DNA of 64,000 nt, taken from an uncultured Gammaproteobacteria bacterium (GTDB lineage Bacteria > Patescibacteriota > Microgenomatia > JAMCZE01). The position numbers and the translations under genes were made by a program. Positions within the stretch are counted from its first letter, which is position 1. Each line of letters begins with the position of its first letter. The stretch is from NCBI GenBank assembly GCA_964641255.1, contig CAZXMM010000001.1:537984-601983 (forward strand), given 5' to 3'. The notes under the pieces were generated by a model. That model searched no databases. It saw nothing but the letters and a program-made list of their open reading frames with translations, and was not told the DNA's origin. This document shows, in pieces, positions 34,677-44,481 of this stretch.

Positions 34677-35796
34677 AGTGATTTTATTTTTCGCCCTGCT
34701 GCTTTGGGCTAGCCCACCAGTGTCGGCTATCTACGAGCCTACTTCTGTTGCCAACAATAGGTACGGCATCCACGTCTTTGACCCAAATGAACTGGATAAA
34801 GCTTCCCAGCTGGTTAATACCAGTGGGGGTGAGTGGGGTTACATCACCGTTCCAATTCGCGCCAATGAGCGCGATCTTGAGAAGTGGACTAAATTTATGG
34901 AGGAGGCTCGTAAAAAGAAAGTAATTCCCATCCTGCGAATAGCTTCATTTCCAGTAGGTGACCACTGGATGGCCCCCAATGAGTGGGATTTAGTAGATTT
35001 TGCTAACTTTCTAAATGAATTGCCTTGGCCCACTAAAAACCGCTATGTCATCGTTTACAACGAGCCTAATCACACTAATGAATGGGGGGGATTTGTATAC
35101 CCAGAAGAATACGCTAGAGTCCTAGCCCGAGCGGTAGATATCTTCCACCAAAAGCACCCAGACTTTTTTGTTATTTCGGGAGGTATGGACGCTTCTGCTC
35201 CCAATGGAGTTTCAACGATGGATCAATACGACTATATGAGGCGGATGAATGAAGTAGTTCCAGGAATTTTTACCAAAATTGACGGCTTCTCAGCTCATGC
35301 TTACGGCAACCCGGCTTTTAGTGCGGCTCCCAATACCACCAGCAAAGTTAATGTGGCGAGTTATCGCTTTGATGAGAAGTTTCTTGATGACTTAGGCGCT
35401 CCTAACCAGCGGCTATTTCTTACCGAGGTTGGGTGGAACGCAAGTGACATTGGAGATGACCAAACTGCCAAATACTACCACGAGGCTTTTACCAAGATCT
35501 GGACGGAAGATAATATCGTCGCTATTACTCCCTTTGTTCTTGAAGCTCACGACGGGCCGTTTAAAGGCTTTAGCTTTGTGAGAGAGGGCGGAGGCTGGAA
35601 AGTATTTGCTAAAACGCTGCAGGCACTTCCTAAAGTAGCTGGTAAGCCTTATCTCACAAAGGAAACTTCTAATGCCAATGCTAATATCCCAACTAGGGTA
35701 GTTAGTAAAGGAAAGTCAGCCTTTACCGATCTTACCTATTCGCTTTCGGAAATGCTTGCCAAAGTAACGGCATTTCTTGGTATAGTGAGTAACTAA
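34663..35796 (+). CDS. Secreted glycoside hydrolase, GH-A clan-like
   Basis: Signal peptide; NRYGIH, YNEPNH (acid/base), AHAY, LTEVGW (nucleophile). Confidence 0.75.
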   Translation: MKLFKVILFFALLLWASPPVSAIYEPTSVANNRYGIHVFDPNELDKASQLVNTSGGEWGYITVPIRANERDLEKWTKFMEEARKKKVIPILRIASFPVGDHWMAPNEWDLVDFANFLNELPWPTKNRYVIVYNEPNHTNEWGGFVYPEEYARVLARAVDIFHQKHPDFFVISGGMDASAPNGVSTMDQYDYMRRMNEVVPGIFTKIDGFSAHAYGNPAFSAAPNTTSKVNVASYRFDEKFLDDLGAPNQRLFLTEVGWNASDIGDDQTAKYYHEAFTKIWTEDNIVAITPFVLEAHDGPFKGFSFVREGGGWKVFAKTLQALPKVAGKPYLTKETSNANANIPTRVVSKGKSAFTDLTYSLSEMLAKVTAFLGIVSN

Positions 35797-35799
35797 ACT

Positions 35800-36189
35800 A
35801 TGAAGTGGGTTAATGCTCCTGATGTCAAAAAGCGACTCATTTTTCTCCTGGATTTTTTGGAGATGCCCCACGTTTTAGGCCACCGCTTGATTGCCTTTCG
35901 CAGTTACGGTTCGACTGGGCGGGCCATTGCAAGGATTTGGTCACTACCTACCGTGTGGCAACAAGCACTTAAGGTTAAGCCCCACTATGTTATTGAAGTT
36001 ATTGCCGAGCGTTTTGACCGTTTGTCTGAGGAAGATCGGGACCGGACACTAATTCATGAGCTGATGCACATTCCCAAGACCTTTTCAGGGGCCCTAGTCC
36101 CCCACCGGGGCCGGGGACACGGTATTAACCATAAAACGGTAGAGCGGAAATACCAGGACTATTTAACCCAGAAAGGGCGACCGGTATGA
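35800..36189 (+). CDS. Putative metallopeptidase (HExxH)
   Basis: ARIWSLP..WQQAL, YVIEVI, IHELMHIP..FSGAL.PH. Confidence 0.75.
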   Translation: MKWVNAPDVKKRLIFLLDFLEMPHVLGHRLIAFRSYGSTGRAIARIWSLPTVWQQALKVKPHYVIEVIAERFDRLSEEDRDRTLIHELMHIPKTFSGALVPHRGRGHGINHKTVERKYQDYLTQKGRPV

Positions 36190-36878
36190 CTCTCTTATTA
36201 TTTGGCGAGAACGAAGTAGCTATCAATCGGCGCAAAGCCGAAATTAAGGCTGAATTTAAGGCCGAGCAGATTTGGGAATTTGCTGGCAAGAGTGTGACCC
36301 CGGAAGACGTAGCTCAGGCACTGGGGGGGCAGTCTCTTTTTGGCACCGAGCCAAAACTGGTCATTATTGACGGACCGCTTGGTAACAAAGCTCTACTAGA
36401 GAGCCTTTTTGTCCCGGCAGCTGAGACTACCTTACTAATTCTCGAAAACAAAAAATTAACCGCCACCCAAATTGCCAGTCTTAAAAGCGTCCTTTCCGAC
36501 CTGTCGCTAGTTGAGTACAAGCTGGATAGCGCTATCTTTAAGTTCGTTGACAGCCTGGCACCAGGAAGCCGAGAAGCAGTATCGATCCTTAAAAACGAGC
36601 TGGCAGACGAAGTGCCGGAAGTGATTTTTGTCATGCTGGTTAGACAGTTTCGCTATCTCTTGCTGGCTAAAGAACGAGTAAGTAGTGGACCGGAGGACTA
36701 CCAACGACTAGCTCCCTGGCAAAAACAAAAGCTACAGTCACAAGCGATGCACTTTAAATTGGAAGTACTTAAGGACTTATACCAAAAACTCCTACTGATT
36801 GATTTACAGACTAAATCCGGCCAGTTTCCCGGGACGCTAAAGGACGCGTTAGAGACTTTTCTGCTTCTGCTACAATAA
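36186..36878 (+). CDS. holA: DNA polymerase III delta subunit-like
   Basis: LLFGEN, QSLFG..KLVII, IFKFVD, MLVRQFR.LL, PWQ..KL..QA, LLIDLQTKSG. Confidence 0.75.
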   Translation: MTLLLFGENEVAINRRKAEIKAEFKAEQIWEFAGKSVTPEDVAQALGGQSLFGTEPKLVIIDGPLGNKALLESLFVPAAETTLLILENKKLTATQIASLKSVLSDLSLVEYKLDSAIFKFVDSLAPGSREAVSILKNELADEVPEVIFVMLVRQFRYLLLAKERVSSGPEDYQRLAPWQKQKLQSQAMHFKLEVLKDLYQKLLLIDLQTKSGQFPGTLKDALETFLLLLQ

Positions 36879-36882
36879 CTAC

Positions 36883-39048
36883 ATGCACCCAAGACTGCTC
36901 ACTTGGTTTAATGATCCAATAGATGAAGGAGAAGGAGGTTTAGAAGATAGCAGAGCCTCCCGACTTACTAGTCTTAGTGAACTGGGTATTCCAGTTATAC
37001 CCGGCTTTATTATTACCCCGGCAGCCAGAGACTATTTTTTCCAAGAATCGGGCATAGGTCTGAAAATTAGTCAGCAGCATAGCGCACTAAATATTCTTGA
37101 CCCCCTAGCTTTACTGGACTGCGCTAATGATTTGCAGCGCTTGATAGTAAAAGCCGAAATACCCCACGATTTGGCTCTGAGTACTTTTCAGTTTTATGAG
37201 GAGTTAAGCCGAAAGGTCAGTCCCAAAAAGCGGCGATTCTGGCCCAAAAATGGCCCCTCTTCGCCTACTTTGGTGGTAAGCGGTCACGGCGGCCGCCAAG
37301 AGCCTCTAACGGGAGAGGCAAATCTGCTTGAGCTTATGAAGCAGCAGTGGGCTTTGGATTTTACTCCCGAGAAACTCTACCACCGGTTAATGCCACGCGC
37401 TACTCCCTTGATAGTCGAGCTGGATTTAGCTATGGCCAGGGTGGGAAAGATTTATTCCCAGGATCCACTGACTTTAGCTAAAAACCTTTTGGTGATTGAA
37501 CTTGCCAGCGAGCGGATAGTAATTAACAAAGAGTCTCAGGCTATTTTGTCCCCAATTGGCAGTAAAAGTCTCTCACTAGAACAAATTACTCAGCTGACTA
37601 AACTGGAAAAGCAGTTGGCCCGGCATTTTTATTTTCCGCACATTAGTCAGTTCGTTCTAAGTAGTAGTGGCCCGCAATTTTTTGATATTAAGCCGCTGCC
37701 CCCAAAGCTTACGGACCTGCCCCCTAGAGCCAAAAAATTCGTACCCGTAGCTGCTAGTGGCACAACGATTGTGGAAGGGCTACCGGCCAGTCCGGGGTTA
37801 CACACTGGCCCGGTGCTAATCTTAAAAAATCCGCACGAGCTCCATAAAGCTCGGGTTGGGACAGTGCTAGTTCTGAACCACCCCTCGGAGCTATTTGCCG
37901 GAGCGATTAAAAAGGCGGGGGCCCTCATCCTTGGGAGATTAGACCACAATGCTTACGGAGTAGCCCTCTGTCAAAAACTAGGGATTCCGTGCGTGCTTCT
38001 TAGTCCGCCAGACCTAGAATTACTACCCAGTGGTTTGGTAGTTACGGTGGATGGAACTGCTGGGGTAGTGACGCGAGATCAGTCTTTGGCCCGCACTTCC
38101 CGGCCCCAATTTTCCCCGTCTCCCGTTACCCCAAAGCAGGTAAGTAGTAGCTTTGCTACGGCCACTAAGCTTTACCTGGACTGGGCCAGGGCTAGTGACC
38201 CTGATCCAAAGCTCGTTGGCAGCGTTGATGGAGTTGGGATACTACGTCTTGAGGATTTAATTGTCAGCTTGGGCACTCACCCCAAAAAGGTTCTAGCTGA
38301 TCGGACACAAAAAGTATTCATCGAGGCCCTGGCTAACCAATTAGCGACTATTGCACAGCTCTTTTACCCAAAACCGGTTATCTGTCGTCTGTCAGATTTC
38401 CAAACTGCCAATTTTTTGCAGCTAACCGCCGGTGATAGGTACGAACCGAGGGAAAGTAGTAGTTTACTAGGTTTTCGGGGAGTTGGACGCCATTTGGTGC
38501 AAGCGGCAGTTTTACAGCTCGAGGTAGCGGCTATTCTTCAGGTGCGCCAAAAATTAGGGCGAAAGAATTTATCAGTGATGGTGCCGCTTTGCCGCACCCC
38601 AACTGAACTGGAAGAACTAAAAAAACTTTTCGGGCTGTGGGGACTTTACCAAAGTCCGACACTGAAACTCTGGTGGTCGTGCGAAACTCCAGCCAACTTG
38701 TGGCAACTTAGTCAGTTTATCGCTTTGGGTCTTGACGGTGTGGCTTTTAATGCCGACTCACTAAGTCAACTGCTACTGGGAGTAGATAAAACTAACTTAA
38801 ATGTCCAAGGTTACTTAACAGAGGTTACCGCTGTTTTAGGAGAAAGTCTTACCGAAGGCACTAAAGCCTGTCATAGAGGGAAAGTTGCCAGTGCTATTTA
38901 TCACTTGCCCACCAAGGCAGGAGGAGAGGATTTGCTAAGGGAGCTAATTTGGGCCGGGATTAGCGCTCTATGTGTTTCCGCCGAGCAAGTCGTTCGGACC
39001 CGGGAGCTGATCGCTTTGTCCGAGCACCAACTAGGGACGAAGGAGTAG
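36883..39048 (+). CDS. Degenerate PEP synthase/PEP-utilising enzyme homologue
   Basis: GIPVIPGFII, GLPASPG..TG, VTVDGTAGVV, TATKLY, DGVGILRLE, RLSDF, LGFRG; catalytic motifs substituted. Confidence 0.8.
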   Translation: MHPRLLTWFNDPIDEGEGGLEDSRASRLTSLSELGIPVIPGFIITPAARDYFFQESGIGLKISQQHSALNILDPLALLDCANDLQRLIVKAEIPHDLALSTFQFYEELSRKVSPKKRRFWPKNGPSSPTLVVSGHGGRQEPLTGEANLLELMKQQWALDFTPEKLYHRLMPRATPLIVELDLAMARVGKIYSQDPLTLAKNLLVIELASERIVINKESQAILSPIGSKSLSLEQITQLTKLEKQLARHFYFPHISQFVLSSSGPQFFDIKPLPPKLTDLPPRAKKFVPVAASGTTIVEGLPASPGLHTGPVLILKNPHELHKARVGTVLVLNHPSELFAGAIKKAGALILGRLDHNAYGVALCQKLGIPCVLLSPPDLELLPSGLVVTVDGTAGVVTRDQSLARTSRPQFSPSPVTPKQVSSSFATATKLYLDWARASDPDPKLVGSVDGVGILRLEDLIVSLGTHPKKVLADRTQKVFIEALANQLATIAQLFYPKPVICRLSDFQTANFLQLTAGDRYEPRESSSLLGFRGVGRHLVQAAVLQLEVAAILQVRQKLGRKNLSVMVPLCRTPTELEELKKLFGLWGLYQSPTLKLWWSCETPANLWQLSQFIALGLDGVAFNADSLSQLLLGVDKTNLNVQGYLTEVTAVLGESLTEGTKACHRGKVASAIYHLPTKAGGEDLLRELIWAGISALCVSAEQVVRTRELIALSEHQLGTKE

Positions 39049-39699
39049 GACAAATTCCCCGCGGGGTTTTGTAAACTGAGTTAGAGCTTGTGTTAGACTT
39101 CCACTCCAGATCTCTTCGTGAATTTTCGTTAGTTCCCGAGTCAGAACTACCGGGCGGTCGCCCAAAACGCTGTGTAAAGTAGTTAAATTCTTAAGCAGTT
39201 TGTAGGGAGAGACCAAAAATATTACAGTGCTTGGCCAAATTTCCCAGTAGTCGCTGATTTTACTAGCTAATTGGATTAAATGGCTTTCTCGCTCTGGTGG
39301 GTAACCTAGATAAAGAAACTTATCTGGTGGCAAACCACTGACACTAAGAGCCGCAATAACGGAACAGGGTCCCGGGACGGTGTCTACTCTGACTCCCGTT
39401 CTTACAGCTTCTCGGACCAGTTTGAAGCCGGGGTCAGAAATAAGTGGGGTGCCGGCATCACTGACCAAAGCAATTTTTTGGTCACTGCTAATAAGTGCTA
39501 GGAGGTCAGCAAGTTTTTGCTCCTCGACCTCATCGTAGTAGGAAATAAGGGGTTTATGGGGAATGGCAAAATGTTTTAGCAAAAGGCCAGTGTGTCTGGT
39601 GTCTTCACACAAAATGACGTCAGCCTCCCTTAGAATCCGCAGAGCTCTAAGAGTTATATCCTCAAGATTTCCGATTGGGGTTGAGACCAGGTAGAGCAT
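39031..39699 (-). CDS. rsmI: 16S rRNA C1402 2'-O-methyltransferase
   Basis: LYLVSTPIGNLEDITLRA, CEDTR, VSDAGTPLISDPG, RELTKIHEE. Confidence 0.95.
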   Translation of the reverse strand: MLYLVSTPIGNLEDITLRALRILREADVILCEDTRHTGLLLKHFAIPHKPLISYYDEVEEQKLADLLALISSDQKIALVSDAGTPLISDPGFKLVREAVRTGVRVDTVPGPCSVIAALSVSGLPPDKFLYLGYPPERESHLIQLASKISDYWEIWPSTVIFLVSPYKLLKNLTTLHSVLGDRPVVLTRELTKIHEEIWSGSLTQALTQFTKPRGEFVLLLRP

Positions 39700-40351
39700 A
39701 GGCTAGATCGCGCACCATATGCAGTAGTTTGGTTCGTGAGTCCCTATCTTTAAGAACGTGGACCACGGTAGGTAGGACTGAAAGACCAATGACCGCAATG
39801 ACAATTAACAGAAAGTAATTATCGACCTGCTTAGGGGTAAATTTATCTCTGAGCCAAGTCCCAATGGCGTAGCCCACTAGGGGCATACCAACTCCCCAAC
39901 CGAGTCCTCCGATGAGGTTGTAGATGAAAAATTTGCGGTAATCCATTCGCGCCGCCCCTGCTACAATGGGGGCAAAGGTGCGGACAAAAGGCATAAAGCG
40001 CGCCAAAATGATAGTTTTACCACCATGCTTATTGTAAAAAGCTTGAGCTTTTTCCAGGTGGCTTTTTTTAAACAGTCTTGATTCCTCTCGATTAAAAAGC
40101 TTGCTGCCGGTTTTCCTGCCGAACCAGTAACCAACTGTATCTCCCAAAATAGCTGCTCCAGCACAACCCGCAATTAGGGTGACCAAATCTAAGCTGCCCC
40201 GCGAAGCGAACAGCCCAGCGGTAAGTAGCAAACTATCTCCTGGAAGAAAAAAGCCAAACAACAGGCCCGACTCGGCAAAAACAATGGCAAAAATTCCCAG
40301 CAGTCCAAAAGTGCTGATCAAAAAATCCGGACTTAGAAAGTCTAAGTGCAT
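39662..40351 (-). CDS. DedA family membrane protein
   Basis: FAESGLLFGFFLPGDSLL, ARFMPFVRTFAP. Confidence 0.93.
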   Translation of the reverse strand: MHLDFLSPDFLISTFGLLGIFAIVFAESGLLFGFFLPGDSLLLTAGLFASRGSLDLVTLIAGCAGAAILGDTVGYWFGRKTGSKLFNREESRLFKKSHLEKAQAFYNKHGGKTIILARFMPFVRTFAPIVAGAARMDYRKFFIYNLIGGLGWGVGMPLVGYAIGTWLRDKFTPKQVDNYFLLIVIAVIGLSVLPTVVHVLKDRDSRTKLLHMVRDLAYALPGLNPNRKS

Positions 40352-40392
40352 GAGAGTGAGTATAACAAGAATTTTTATGATTAACTAGTAAT

Positions 40393-41249
40393 ATGTCGCA
40401 TCTTAAGCCCGAATCAGAGTTTGTAAGCCAAAGCATAGAGAAGCAGCTAATTGTGACTAGTTTTGGCGAAACTGCCTATACTAGTTCTGGTAAGGGACAA
40501 ACGACTATCATCGAGCTGCCCGGTTGGCCAGTCACTGGCGATGTTTTTGCTCCGGCCAATCGGGTACTGGCAAGGAAGGCGCGGACGCTCGCGCTGGATC
40601 TACCAGGTATCGGACGTAGTACGCCGTTAAGAGCAGATGTCGCTTGTAATTTTACGGTCCTGGGGCAGTGGCTACTGGAATTTATGAACGCCCAAGGAAT
40701 TGACAAAGCCTCGTTTGCGGGTACTTCTTTTGGCGCCGCCCTTAGTATCCATTTTGGACTACAGCATCCAGAGCGGGTCGATAAGATTGTAGCCACTGCT
40801 CCGCCAATTCGCTTTGGGGACGAAGTAAACGCCTTTCAAAGATTCATCTTGGACTTAACCCAACAACACCCTGCTTTAAGTCATTTAATCATTGACCAGG
40901 CACTAAAGTCTAATCGCCTAATTTACTTTTTTTAGGCTGGACTTTACCTGATTTGACTAACCCTTTTGAACGGCGGGTGCAGCAGGAGGTACAACGCTCG
41001 GATCTAAATGCTATTCAAAAAATTTTCAATCTGTTTGCCAGTGATGATTTGACCCAAAAGATCAAGCACATTCAAGTCCCCTTAGAGATCATGGTTGGAA
41101 CAAAGGACCCTCGTTTTTTGCACCAAGCTCAGCTAATCGCAAAGAGCGGTATACCCATAGAATTTATCCCGGGGGTCACCCATGAATTTGTGTTTTTTGA
41201 AGCCGAGTATTGGGCCCTGAAGATTCTGCGCAAACTTAATTTAGTCTAG
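40393..41249 (+). pseudogene. Alpha/beta hydrolase split by a single-base frameshift in a T7 run
   Basis: ORF1 has DLPGIG and GTSFG (nucleophile); ORF2 has GTKD and VTHE; one extra T at 40927-40933 fuses them. Confidence 0.8.
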
Positions 41250-41259
41250 TCCAAGCTTC

Positions 41260-41901
41260 CTAAGCTTGGTATTTGCGAATTAGGGCAACCATTTTGCCTT
41301 GGATGTGAACATCAGTAGCATAAATTGGCTTCATAGTGGAATTAGCCGGCATCAGTTTTATCTGGCCGTTTTCCCGGTAAAAGCGCTTCAGAGTAGCTAG
41401 GCCGTTATCAAGAAGTGCCACCACCACGTCACCTTCTTTGATAGCTGTTTCGACTTCTTTGATGAGTACCACGTAGTCGTCCTCAAAAATTCCGTCTTCA
41501 ATCATAGAATTGCCCTTTACTTTAAGAACAAAAGCCGTCTTATTTTGGGGTACTAAATTAGCCGCGACTTTAAAGGTGGCGGTGGGGTCGTCATAGGCCA
41601 TGAGGGGTTGGCCGGCGTGGATATAACCTAGGAGGGGCAGTTCCATTCCAAGTACTGGTTCGGAGTTGACCTCACTGCCTTCAAACTCCTGAATGATGGC
41701 GATCCCTCTCACTTCATTGTCGTTGCGTTTGATTACTCCCTTGCGCTCTAGGATCCGCAAGTGTTCGTGAATAGTAGCTGGAGAGGTCAGTCCCATCGCT
41801 TTGGCGATTTCCATGAGGGTCGGGGAATAACCGTACTTCTTGATGAAGTTTTGGATAAATTCTAAAATTTGGCGTTGCCGTTTATAAAGAACTACTGGCA
41901 T
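41260..41901 (-). CDS. lexA: SOS repressor LexA
   Basis: RQRQILEFI, YSPTLMEIA, HAGQP (Ala-Gly cleavage), GNSM, TLKRF. Confidence 0.95.
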   Translation of the reverse strand: MPVVLYKRQRQILEFIQNFIKKYGYSPTLMEIAKAMGLTSPATIHEHLRILERKGVIKRNDNEVRGIAIIQEFEGSEVNSEPVLGMELPLLGYIHAGQPLMAYDDPTATFKVAANLVPQNKTAFVLKVKGNSMIEDGIFEDDYVVLIKEVETAIKEGDVVVALLDNGLATLKRFYRENGQIKLMPANSTMKPIYATDVHIQGKMVALIRKYQA

Positions 41902-41959
41902 AATTTTTTTTACGCTATACTAGTCAAGAGACACTCAGACTGCTAAACTTATACATAAG

Positions 41960-42002
41960 AATAGCGAAATAAATCCGCACGTCAAGCCGAACAATAGCGA
42001 AC
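41960..42002. promoter_or_regulatory. Candidate LexA operator(s) in the lexA/uvrB divergent promoter
   Basis: CCGAAC-AATA-GCGAAC direct repeat; AATAGCGAA occurs twice. Confidence 0.45.
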
Positions 42003-42007
42003 ATACT

Positions 42008-44038
42008 ATGTCAAAATTTCAACTGAAATCTGACTATCAGCCCATGGGGGACCAGCCCACTGCCATCAAGGAGTTGGTTGAGGGTGTGGCGGCGGGCAAA
42101 AGTGATCAGGTCCTGCTGGGAACAACAGGTAGCGGCAAAACTTTTACGGTTGCCAATGTTATCCAAGCGGTTCAAAAGCCTACTCTCGTTATAGCGCACA
42201 ATAAGACTTTGGCTGCCCAGCTCTATCAGGAATTTCGGGAGTTTTTCCCCAGTAACGCCGTGTCCTATTTTGTCTCCTACTACGACTACTATCAGCCAGA
42301 GGCCTATATTCCCAGAACTGATACTTATATTGAAAAGACCACTGAAATTAACGAGGAAATTGATAAGTTAAGGCTGCAGGCCACGACCAACCTTTTGACC
42401 CGCCCCGATACCATTGTAGTGGCCTCAGTCTCCTGTATCTATAACATCGGTAATCCGACTGAGTACGCCAAATTTGTCTTGAGTTTGGCTACCGCCCAGC
42501 AGTGGCACTCCCGTGAGGAAATTTTACGGCAGCTCATAGATTTGCATTATGAGCGTAGCCAGTTTGGCTTTGACCGCGGGATGTTTAGAGTTAAAGGAGA
42601 CACAATTGATATTTACCCCTCTTATGAGGATTTTGCCCTGCGCCTAGAACTACAAGATAACAAAATCAGCCAGTTAGTTAAGATTGAGCCGGTGAGTGGG
42701 AAGACCCTAGGCAGTCTTGACAGATTCGTTCTTTATCCTGCCAAGCATTTTATGACTGATCCGGCCTCTCACCGGCAGGCCTTTGCGCAGATTAATCGGG
42801 ATTTAGAACTAAGAGTCAAAGAATTAAAGGCAGCGGGGAAAGAAATGGAGGCCCACCGGCTGAGTCAGCGGGTGAAATATGATCTGGAGATGCTTTCGGA
42901 AGTTGGCTTTGTTAACGGCATCGAAAACTACTCCCGCTATTTTGACGGTCGGGAGCCGGGGGCGGCCCCATATTCGCTACTGGACTACTTTCCTAAGGAC
43001 TACTTGCTAGTCATTGACGAGTCGCACATGACAATTCCTCAGATTAGAGGGATGCATAACGGCGATCGCAGCCGCAAGCAAACTTTGGTTGATTTCGGTT
43101 TTCGACTCCCCGCCGCGCTTGATAACCGGCCCCTGCGTTTTGACGAGTTTTTAAGACGCAAGGGTAGGACAATTTATACCTCAGCTACCCCGGATGAGTG
43201 GGAAAGGGACATGGCAGGTAGGGTAGTAGTCGAACAACTGATTCGCCCCACGGGGATTGTTGACCCGCAGGTAGAAGTTAGGCCGACTGAGGGCCAGGTG
43301 CCCAACTTAATTGCCGAAATTAAAGCGCGGATCAAAAGTAAGCAGCGGGTGCTAGTGACCACCCTGACCAAGAGAATGTCTGAGGAGTTGACCGACTACT
43401 TAAAAGAGGTGACCATTTCTGGCCAGCCCCTTAAAGTCGCCTATTTACATAGTGACGTTGAGACGCTGGAGCGCAGTAGTATTTTAAAAAAGCTGCGGCT
43501 CGGCGAGCACGACGTGCTAGTAGGAATTAATTTACTGCGGGAAGGACTGGATTTGCCAGAAGTGGGGCTAGTGGCCATACTGGATGCGGATAAAGAGGGG
43601 TTTTTAAGATCAGAAGTGTCTCTGCTGCAAACCATGGGGCGGGCGGCCAGGAATACCGATTCCCGGGTGATTCTCTATGCCGATAGTATCACGGGTTCGA
43701 TGCGGCGGGCGATGGATGAGGTGCTAAGACGCAGGAAAATTCAGCTGCAGTGGAATAAAGACCACCATATTACGCCCCAAAATATTACTAAGCCCATTAG
43801 GGATGACGTGATTGAGGGTGGGGATGGTAGCTATAAAAGTAACCGGCAAAAAAGACTTACGGGCCACTACGGGATTTTAATGGATAGTGAAATTGCGGAT
43901 ATTAACCCTGAGGAGTTACTGCCGGAGCAAAAAAGGGAGTTAGCCCGGGTGCTGGAAAAGAGGATGAAGGAAGCGGCCAAAATTTTGGACTTTGAAGGCG
44001 CCACCTTCTACCGCGATTATCTAAAAAAGCTGATTTAG
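42008..44038 (+). CDS. uvrB: Excinuclease ABC subunit B
   Basis: GSGKTFT, HNKTLAAQL, YYDYYQPEAY, DESH, GINLLREGLD, GRAARN. Confidence 0.97.
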   Translation: MSKFQLKSDYQPMGDQPTAIKELVEGVAAGKSDQVLLGTTGSGKTFTVANVIQAVQKPTLVIAHNKTLAAQLYQEFREFFPSNAVSYFVSYYDYYQPEAYIPRTDTYIEKTTEINEEIDKLRLQATTNLLTRPDTIVVASVSCIYNIGNPTEYAKFVLSLATAQQWHSREEILRQLIDLHYERSQFGFDRGMFRVKGDTIDIYPSYEDFALRLELQDNKISQLVKIEPVSGKTLGSLDRFVLYPAKHFMTDPASHRQAFAQINRDLELRVKELKAAGKEMEAHRLSQRVKYDLEMLSEVGFVNGIENYSRYFDGREPGAAPYSLLDYFPKDYLLVIDESHMTIPQIRGMHNGDRSRKQTLVDFGFRLPAALDNRPLRFDEFLRRKGRTIYTSATPDEWERDMAGRVVVEQLIRPTGIVDPQVEVRPTEGQVPNLIAEIKARIKSKQRVLVTTLTKRMSEELTDYLKEVTISGQPLKVAYLHSDVETLERSSILKKLRLGEHDVLVGINLLREGLDLPEVGLVAILDADKEGFLRSEVSLLQTMGRAARNTDSRVILYADSITGSMRRAMDEVLRRRKIQLQWNKDHHITPQNITKPIRDDVIEGGDGSYKSNRQKRLTGHYGILMDSEIADINPEELLPEQKRELARVLEKRMKEAAKILDFEGATFYRDYLKKLI

Positions 44039-44053
44039 TGATATAATTCCTGT

Positions 44054-44338
44054 ATGTATGGAATTAAAAAGGAGTATGAGCCCCCAGTGACAGTTAGTTT
44101 TAAGGATGGCCAACGAATTAAGGTTTCTGGCCTTTGGATAACTAATGGTGGTCAAGACTATTGCGCTATAGATTACAGCGATGATGGAGGCTCACGAGCT
44201 ACGGCTTTAATTTCGTTTCCACTTTATAAAGGCATTTTAACGTTGGCTAGCCAATCCGGAAGTCAGCTTAGACAAACTTTTACAGATATAGATTTTGAAT
44301 CAATGCATAGATTCCAGTCCCCGAAAAATAAGCCGTAG
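44054..44338 (+). CDS. Hypothetical protein
   Basis: 94 aa ORF with TGATATAAT 6 nt upstream of the ATG. Confidence 0.55.
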   Translation: MYGIKKEYEPPVTVSFKDGQRIKVSGLWITNGGQDYCAIDYSDDGGSRATALISFPLYKGILTLASQSGSQLRQTFTDIDFESMHRFQSPKNKP

Positions 44339-44481
44339 TAATGTAGTCTCTCAAATCAACAGCTCTACCAAGTAAATAGCGGCTCAGGCACGTTTCGCTA
44401 TGGTACAATTACGCTGGTTCAGTTGGCTGAATCTCGGCTTATGCCGGAGTTTTTCGTGGTTAAGAGGCTACAGGAACATCT

